Shown here one piece after another: positions 58,320 through 64,000 of a stretch of DNA of 64,000 nt. The stretch spans positions 9,221 to 73,220 of the forward strand of contig JAUYCD010000109.1 of assembly GCA_030692375.1 (NCBI GenBank). Direction: 5' to 3'. Made by a program: the position numbers and the translations under genes. How positions within the stretch are numbered: position 1 is the stretch's first letter; each line of letters starts with the position of its first letter. The stretch is from Candidatus Latescibacter sp. GTDB taxonomy: Bacteria; Latescibacterota; Latescibacteria; Latescibacterales; Latescibacteraceae. Under the pieces are notes generated by a model. The model did not search any database. It worked only from the letters and a program-made list of their open reading frames with translations, and was not told where the DNA came from.

Positions 58320-58649
58320 ATGAAACGGTTTTATCGTTCCCGCGAAGCGGCAACGGTGATATCGAAGAATGGCGTCCGGATTCTACTTACCACTGAACGA
58401 TGGACGCATATCACCGAGGGGCACTGCGAACTTGCCGGGATGAGGGAAGAAGTCCTCGATACAATTTCGAATCCATTGAAGATTTTTGCAGGCAATCAGG
58501 GAGAACTGATCGCCTTCCGCGAGATCAGGGACGGCAAGTTCCTTGTCGTGCCCTACCGAGAGATGGACCAGGAGGGGTTCATCATCACCGCCTTTCTTAC
58601 AAGACGAGTCGATTCGCTCGAGAGGAGGATACAGGTATGGCCCCTATAG
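58320..58649 (+). CDS. Small toxin-like protein partnered with DUF2283; its first 13 codons derive from a copy of the gccgaaac repeat element
   Basis: MKRFYRSREAATV is encoded by ggatgaaacggttttatcgttcccgcgaagcggcaacgg, which matches 4417-4455. The remainder (..ILLTTERWTHITEGH..FLVVPY..FIITAFLTRR) resembles the DUF4258 pattern. Confidence 0.4.
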   Translation: MKRFYRSREAATVISKNGVRILLTTERWTHITEGHCELAGMREEVLDTISNPLKIFAGNQGELIAFREIRDGKFLVVPYREMDQEGFIITAFLTRRVDSLERRIQVWPL

Positions 58650-58876
58650 TAGTTGACGAATATGTTCGGATGATTTCCGCCGTGAAACACTCCCCCAAAC
58701 AATCTCTTTGGTCTACATACGATCCCGAAGCGGATGTGCTGTATGTAAATTTCAAAAAACCGAGTCACGCCGACAACAGCGAATTGACTGATGACGACAT
58801 CATAATACGTTACGAACATGGCGAGGTCATCGGCCTCACCATCATGAACGCCAGCAAACGCCTCCTGGGGGAATGA
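58637..58876 (+). CDS. DUF2283-family antitoxin-like protein
   Basis: ..YDPEADVLYVNFKKPSHADNSELTDDDIIIRYEHGEVIGLTIMNASKRL is a canonical DUF2283. Confidence 0.65.
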   Translation: MAPIVVDEYVRMISAVKHSPKQSLWSTYDPEADVLYVNFKKPSHADNSELTDDDIIIRYEHGEVIGLTIMNASKRLLGE

Positions 58877-58934
58877 AGCGGCCTCCGGAAAAGGAGGCTT
58901 GTTTGGTTTGAATGTATAACCCACATGTACAATT

Positions 58935-60191
58935 TCATTCCTTTCCATACCTCCCATACTCCTCGCACAGCCCCGCCATCATTTCGAGCCGGTCCGGATT
59001 CACCCGCGGCGCCACACTGCACGCGGTGGAAAGGATGTAGGCGCCCCCCGGCTTTCCCCAGGCCAGACGCCGTATGATGTCCTCTCTCGCCGCGCCAAGG
59101 TCTTTCAGGAGCAGGGTATTCACCGAATCGATATTTCCTTTGATGAATACCCGGTTGTCGAGAAATTTTTTCGCTCTGTCAAGCTCGACCGTTCCGAGCG
59201 GCGGAGGGTCAAGGGTGTCGATGCCGTCGAGGCCGGTGGCTTCCATGAGGTCCAGGCGGTCGCCGATTGCGCCGCAGGTGTGGGTGTAGCAGGGCACAGA
59301 GGGGAATTCGCGCCTGATGCCGTCCCAGCAGGCCTTTTCGAACGGAAGAACATACTCCCCGTACATCTGCCGTGATATGAAACCGCCGCCTGCAAACGCC
59401 GAGCTCATAAGGATGGCGTCGACTCCCATCCGGGCCAGCTCCCGGCCGTAATATATGCAGCCTTCCGCGTACCGTCCCAGAATTGCTTTGCTCTTTTCAG
59501 GATGCGTAATGAGCGCAACGAGCGCGTTTTCGTAGCCGAGGAGTTCCATGAACTGGGTGAACGGGCTGAAGAATTCACCCTGAATGCTCACTGCCCCGCC
59601 GGTCGCTTTCTGCACAAGCTCGATGGTTCGGAATTCGGATTCCGGGAACCACTCCTCAGGCCTGGATGGACTCCGGTATCCCCGTTCGATATCATAGGAG
59701 AAATAGGGGTATTTCAGACCGCCGCAGGTATGTGGAGTCTCGTAGAAAAGACGGTCGATTTCCACCTCATCGATGGCGAGCCGTATTCGGTTGTCCTGGA
59801 CGTATTCTCCCGTGACGGGATGTTTCCGGAAGGTCGCCGCCGAATCGTCCCGCGGGCAGACAGTGTACGAACCGTCTTTCCACCATACCACCTCGGCTTC
59901 CGTGCGCTCCTCGATACGCGCGATCTCCCGTGTCCAGTCCTCGGGATGTCCCGGCAGATTGACGAGGATGCCGTCGAACCGGTATCGCCTCTGCAGTGTT
60001 ACCAGCGCCTCCGTGAATCCTTCCGAGCTGAACCACATGCGTGCGGGGGTCACCGGGGTATTCAGGAGGTAGTGCCCGATGGAAAGCTGGCACATCACCG
60101 GCACACGGTCGGGTTTACCCTTGCGCATGGCGATGGCCATGCGTGTTCGTGGGGTGAGGGGAGAATTATTATAGATCATGGAAAGAGTCAA
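58935..60191 (-). CDS. URO-D-family protein, paralogue 3
   Basis: 418 aa with URO-D-like blocks (..KPDRVPVMCQLSIGHYLL.., ..CYTHTCGAIGDRLDLMEATGLDGID..). Confidence 0.7.
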   Translation of the reverse strand: MTLSMIYNNSPLTPRTRMAIAMRKGKPDRVPVMCQLSIGHYLLNTPVTPARMWFSSEGFTEALVTLQRRYRFDGILVNLPGHPEDWTREIARIEERTEAEVVWWKDGSYTVCPRDDSAATFRKHPVTGEYVQDNRIRLAIDEVEIDRLFYETPHTCGGLKYPYFSYDIERGYRSPSRPEEWFPESEFRTIELVQKATGGAVSIQGEFFSPFTQFMELLGYENALVALITHPEKSKAILGRYAEGCIYYGRELARMGVDAILMSSAFAGGGFISRQMYGEYVLPFEKACWDGIRREFPSVPCYTHTCGAIGDRLDLMEATGLDGIDTLDPPPLGTVELDRAKKFLDNRVFIKGNIDSVNTLLLKDLGAAREDIIRRLAWGKPGGAYILSTACSVAPRVNPDRLEMMAGLCEEYGRYGKE

Positions 60192-60394
60192 GCAATTTCG
60201 TTATTTCAGTCTTTGCATCGGGGATATTGGTTGATACAATTCTCCAAACGATTTCGAGGTCTATGCCGAAATAGGCATGAATGGCAATATTCCTCAGGCC
60301 GATCATTTTTTTCCATACTTTCAATGTATTCCCCGATCATGCTCATTGACTCAAGAATATCTTCAATGAACAGCCGGTAATCTCGTTTTGTCAT
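60172..60394 (-). pseudogene. Decayed HepT (DUF86, HEPN) toxin: N-terminus in one frame, RNxxxHxY C-terminus in another, about 35 codons missing
   Basis: Frame A: MTKRDYRLFIEDILESMSMIGEYIE.. Frame B: ..LRNIAIHAYFGIDLEIVWRIVSTNIPDAKTEITKLLDSF. Confidence 0.7.
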
Positions 60395-60672
60395 ACCATA
60401 CGCACTTCTTCCAGTATTCTACTCCTCAATTGCCGTTTCAATGCGTTTTTTGTTACTATATCCACCGGCTTTTCGAGTATTTCTTCAAGATAATCCTTCA
60501 AATCGAAAAGTTCCCATCCGACCGGTTCCGAAAATTCGACAAGAATATCCACATCACTTCCCCGGGTCTCCTCATTGCGGGCATATGACCCGAAAACACC
60601 GATGCACTTCACATGAAAACGTGCAGCGAGGACGTCTTTATGGGTTTTTAGTATGGATTCGATTTCTAGCAT
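60391..60672 (-). CDS. MntA-type nucleotidyltransferase antitoxin (intact)
   Basis: ..CIGVFGSYARNEETRGSDVDILVEF..; it overlaps the HepT remnant by 4 nt. Confidence 0.8.
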   Translation of the reverse strand: MLEIESILKTHKDVLAARFHVKCIGVFGSYARNEETRGSDVDILVEFSEPVGWELFDLKDYLEEILEKPVDIVTKNALKRQLRSRILEEVRMV

Positions 60673-61238
60673 TCTCTTATCCTTGATGTAGCGGAATGTA
60701 AGTGTAAGTTTTCAATATTTATCTACGACGTTCAATTCTGTCTTGAATTCGGCGCAACCTGATATATGCCGCTAAGATGTCCAACGCTTATAGTATCGCA
60801 CGAAATGCCTCTGCGGGCAAGGAAAATTTGGCATATCTCACAAGCACCCGGTCGGGTTTCACCCATCCGAAAAAGCTTGGCAATGTCCCGGACAGGCAAC
60901 GGAAGGTTCCGATAACACTTTCTGCAACGAAGTGTTGCTGTGATAAAAGAGAAATACCTCTGCAATAGGGGAAAGCTTTTTAAATACCGACCGACTGTCA
61001 GTTAATTTTTTTTTCACCATTCAAAACCGCTCTCACTTCACAGCTCTTACCCTAAAAACCGCTTGACATATATGTTTACTTTCCCTAATTTACGTATACA
61101 CTTTAATCATTTGATACAGCGTTCTGTCAAATGTGGGGAAGAATAAAAGACCATGATCCAATCCGTCATATATCGCGTACCCTCTTGTGACAGGGTGCGC
61201 TTTTTTATTTGCATAGCAGATGCGCGAAAGGGATGTGC

Positions 61239-63152
61239 ATGATTGTTACATTTCCTGATGGGAGCACAAGGGAATTCCCGGAGAATTCAACTTTTCTCGA
61301 TGTGGCGAAGTCCATAAGCGAGGGATTTGCCCGCAAGGTTCTCGCCGCCAGGGCGAATGGCGGCCTGTATGATTTGACACGACAGGTTCCGGGCGATGTT
61401 TCCGTGACCTTTTTGACTTTTGATGATGAAGAAGGACGCCGGGTGTACTGGCATTCAACCGCCCATGTCATGGCGGCGGCGGTGAAACGGCTGTTCCCGC
61501 AGGCGCGGGTTGCCATCGGCCCGTCGATAGATGACGGATTCTACTATGATTTCGATGTGGAGAAACCGTTCACTGAAGAGGACATCCAGAGAATTGAAGC
61601 TGAGATGGAAGCGGTGGTGGATGAAAATCCGTCTTTCGTTCGGGTGGATACGACCCGTGAAAAAGCAATGGACCTGTTCCGTGACGAGGGCGAAACCTAC
61701 AAGATGGAGATCGCCTCCGAGCTTGGGGATGGGGTGCCAGTGAGCCTGTATCGGCTGGGACAGTTCACCGACCTTTGCCGTGGCCCTCATATTCCCGCAG
61801 CCGGAATGATCAAGGCATTCAATATCCTGAACACCGCGGGCGCCTACTGGCGGGGAGACGAGAGAAACCGTATGCTCCAGCGTATCTACGGCGTTTCGTT
61901 CCCGGATAAAAAGATGCTTTCCGAACGGCTCGTCTGGCTGGAGGAGGTAAAGAAGCGCGACCACCGTGTTCTCGGCGCCAAACTCGACCTGTTCAGTGTG
62001 GACGATGAAATCGGCCCGGGGCTGATTCTCTGGCACCCGAACGGCGCATTGATCCGTGATATTATCGAGGATTACTGGCGCAGCGAACACCGGAAACGGG
62101 GATACCATCTCGTATTTACCCCTCACATAGCTTCGGAGCGGACTTACCGTCGCTCCGGGCATCTGGAGAATTACGCCGGAAACATGTATTCACCGATGGA
62201 TGTCGATGGCACTCCCTACTATGTGAAACCCATGAACTGTCCCGGGCATATCAAAATCTTCAAATCGCGGATGCGGTCATACCGGGAGCTTCCCCTGCGC
62301 CTCTGCGAGCTGGGAACGGTTTACCGGTATGAGCGTTCGGGAGTATTGCACGGCCTTCTGCGCGTCCGTGGATTTACCCAGGATGATTCGCATATTTTCT
62401 GTACTCCGGAGCAGGTGGTGGATGAAGTCAGGGGAGTTCTGAATTTTGTTGTTGAAATACTGCAAATATTTGGTTATGATTATACTGCATATCTTTCGAC
62501 TCGACCTGAAAAATCCCTGGGAGACGATGATTCCTGGAATAATGCTATTGCTGCTCTGAAAAAAGCCCTTGAACAAAACAATGCGAAGTATATCATCGAT
62601 CCGGGCGAGGGTGTATTCTACGGCCCCAAAATTGATATCAAGCTCAGGGATGTTCTCGGCAGGATGTGGCAGGGACCGACCATTCAGGTTGATTTTAACC
62701 TCGCCGATCGTTTCGACATAAATTATGTGGGGAATGATGGTCTGGAACACCGAGTGGTGATGATCCATCGGGTGGTTCTCGGTTCCATGGAACGCTTTGT
62801 TGGCGGGCTGATCGAGCATTTCGGCGGCGCATTTCCTATTTGGATTTCGCCGGTTCAGGTCAGTATCATGCCGATAACCGATGCCCAGCACGATTATGCC
62901 GCAGCTTTGGCGGAGCGGATGAGGGCGGCGGGAATAAGGGTCGAATTAGACCGGCGAAACGAGAAGGTAAATCGGAAGATTCGCGATGCCGAGGAAATGA
63001 AGATTCCTTACATGCTGGTGATCGGACAAAAGGAAGTGAATGCCGGAACGGTATCGGTGCGTAAGCGCGGGAAGAGTGATATCGGCGTACTACCGGAAGA
63101 AGAGATCATAACCCGTATTCGCAGGGAAAACGACGAAAAGTCACGGGATTGA
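61239..63152 (+). CDS. thrS: Threonine--tRNA ligase
   Basis: MIVTFPDGSTREF.. TGS domain and a class-II core (..HRDLRLGELGTVYRYE..-like FRDE/ HIGH-less motifs). The start was trimmed to 61239 after AAAGGGA. Confidence 0.93.
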   Translation: MIVTFPDGSTREFPENSTFLDVAKSISEGFARKVLAARANGGLYDLTRQVPGDVSVTFLTFDDEEGRRVYWHSTAHVMAAAVKRLFPQARVAIGPSIDDGFYYDFDVEKPFTEEDIQRIEAEMEAVVDENPSFVRVDTTREKAMDLFRDEGETYKMEIASELGDGVPVSLYRLGQFTDLCRGPHIPAAGMIKAFNILNTAGAYWRGDERNRMLQRIYGVSFPDKKMLSERLVWLEEVKKRDHRVLGAKLDLFSVDDEIGPGLILWHPNGALIRDIIEDYWRSEHRKRGYHLVFTPHIASERTYRRSGHLENYAGNMYSPMDVDGTPYYVKPMNCPGHIKIFKSRMRSYRELPLRLCELGTVYRYERSGVLHGLLRVRGFTQDDSHIFCTPEQVVDEVRGVLNFVVEILQIFGYDYTAYLSTRPEKSLGDDDSWNNAIAALKKALEQNNAKYIIDPGEGVFYGPKIDIKLRDVLGRMWQGPTIQVDFNLADRFDINYVGNDGLEHRVVMIHRVVLGSMERFVGGLIEHFGGAFPIWISPVQVSIMPITDAQHDYAAALAERMRAAGIRVELDRRNEKVNRKIRDAEEMKIPYMLVIGQKEVNAGTVSVRKRGKSDIGVLPEEEIITRIRRENDEKSRD

Positions 63153-63178
63153 TAAACACTATAGAGGAGGGTTTCCCT

Positions 63179-63688
63179 ATCAACGAGAAAAAAGTCCGAG
63201 TAAATGAACAGATTCAAATCTCACCTATACGGTTGATTGACGGAGAGGGAAAACAGGTGGGCATCGTTCCCATTGAAGAAGCCTTGCGGCTGGCAGATCA
63301 GGCGCACCTTGATCTGGTTGAGGTTTCGCCGACCGCCAAACCTCCGGTATGCCGTATCATGGACTATGGCAAGTTCAAGTATGAGATATCGAAGAAGGTA
63401 AGAACTGCCCGTAAACATCGTCATGTCATCCATGTCAAGGAAATTAAGCTGCGTTCGGAGATTTCAGAGCATGATTTCAATTTCAAGATGAAACATGCTG
63501 AAGAGTTCTTGCAGCGAGGGGACAAGGTAAAATTTACTCTCGTGTTCCGTGGTCGCGAGGCTTTGCATCGAGATATAGGGGAAGGCGTTCTGAAGAAGGT
63601 TACCCAGGCCCTTGAGGAAAAAGCGGTAATAGAATCCGGTATACGATCCGAGGGCCGTAATCTCATGATGATTGTGGCCCCGAAGTAA
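63179..63688 (+). CDS. infC: Translation initiation factor IF-3, probably with a non-AUG start
   Basis: ..IRLIDGEGKQVGIVPIEEALRLADQAHLDLVEVSPTAKPPVCRIMDYGKFKYE.. A GAGGAGG sits at 63163-63169, inside the TTG-initiated ORF of the track, so the real start is probably the ATC/ATT-type codon about 9 nt downstream. Confidence 0.85.
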   Translation: MNEKKVRVNEQIQISPIRLIDGEGKQVGIVPIEEALRLADQAHLDLVEVSPTAKPPVCRIMDYGKFKYEISKKVRTARKHRHVIHVKEIKLRSEISEHDFNFKMKHAEEFLQRGDKVKFTLVFRGREALHRDIGEGVLKKVTQALEEKAVIESGIRSEGRNLMMIVAPK

Positions 63689-63702
63689 GACATAAAAAAA
63701 AT

Positions 63703-63742
63703 GTATTTTGTGACAAAAAAGGCCTTTTGGGATTGATTCCCA
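63703..63742 (+). terminator. Hairpin plus T-run between infC and rpmI (attenuator/terminator)
   Basis: aaaaaggccttttgggattgattcccaggccttttt. Confidence 0.55.
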
Positions 63743-63856
63743 GGCCTTTTTGTATTATTTTATAATGTTCTATTAACGGAAACTCGAAAAATACGGTGCC
63801 CTGAAGCAGTATCGGACATTGATTTTACTGATTACACCAGTCTATATAGAGTGAAA

Positions 63857-64000
63857 GGATTTTTCAATGCCCAAGATGAAATCTGTTAAATCAGCGGTGA
63901 AACGTTTCAGGCTGACTGCAGGCGGCCGGGTAAAACGCGGCAAGGCTTATGCCAGTCATCTTCTGAAACAGAAATCCACCAAGAGGAAGCGGAATTACCG
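63857..64000 (+). CDS. rpmI: 50S ribosomal protein L35 (5' part; runs off window)
   Basis: [42 protein letters not shown].. Confidence 0.9.

Noticed and set aside
60680-61238. Possible tRNA or ncRNA in the 520-bp spacer before thrS, and the small ORFs 60732-60965 and 60777-60968
   Set aside because: I could find no cloverleaf, and the ORFs have no RBS or family. The region has a TTGACA-N17-TAATTT promoter-like site (about 61064-61092) and a leader hairpin gcgtaccct..agggtgcgc followed by a T-run at about 61177-61211. No T-box consensus could be recognised, so it is left as an unassigned thrS leader.

Overview
This 64-kb window is a moderately GC-rich bacterial chromosomal segment, probably from an uncultured FCB-group (Fibrobacteres/Chlorobi/Bacteroidetes-like) organism. 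Two adjacent proteins end in a FlgD-Ig/T9SS-type C-terminal domain, and GroEL carries a GGM-repeat tail. Gene density is high, with clear housekeeping genes. These are dnaK, groES preceded by a CIRCE element, groEL, pheS/pheT, nadB, guaA, etfBA, glyA, nrdR, a yggS-divIVA-yggU-PNP cluster, a dksA-like gene, lspA, an rluD-like gene, and thrS-infC-rpmI at the window end. At the left end is an L-rhamnose utilisation locus on the minus strand: a permease, a GH78 alpha-L-rhamnosidase and an FGGY sugar kinase. A catabolic cluster sits at about 45.4-52.2 kb: an XRE/cupin regulator, a Gfo/Idh/MocA oxidoreductase, a 2-hydroxyacid dehydrogenase, a class-III aminotransferase, an M20 peptidase and a URO-D-like enzyme. 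The window also shows four unusual things. First, several families of short palindromic REP/MITE-like elements sit after many genes. One MITE with 23-bp TIRs splits the rhamnosidase gene, and copies of another family lie in-frame inside pheT and inside the sugar kinase gene. Second, there are many type II toxin-antitoxin modules: HicAB, HEPN/MNT, an MNT cassette inserted behind groEL with a duplicated groEL 3' end, DUF4160/DUF2442, a DUF2283 pair, and a decayed HepT next to an intact MntA. There is also a low-GC islet at 6.3-9.9 kb. Third, a BlaI/BlaR1-like repressor/protease pair has a TolB-like beta-propeller plus a T9SS-type CTD in place of the usual sensor domain, and is followed by a secreted paralogue of that module. 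Fourth, three URO-D/MtaA-family paralogues occur. I found no rRNA, tRNA or CRISPR array.
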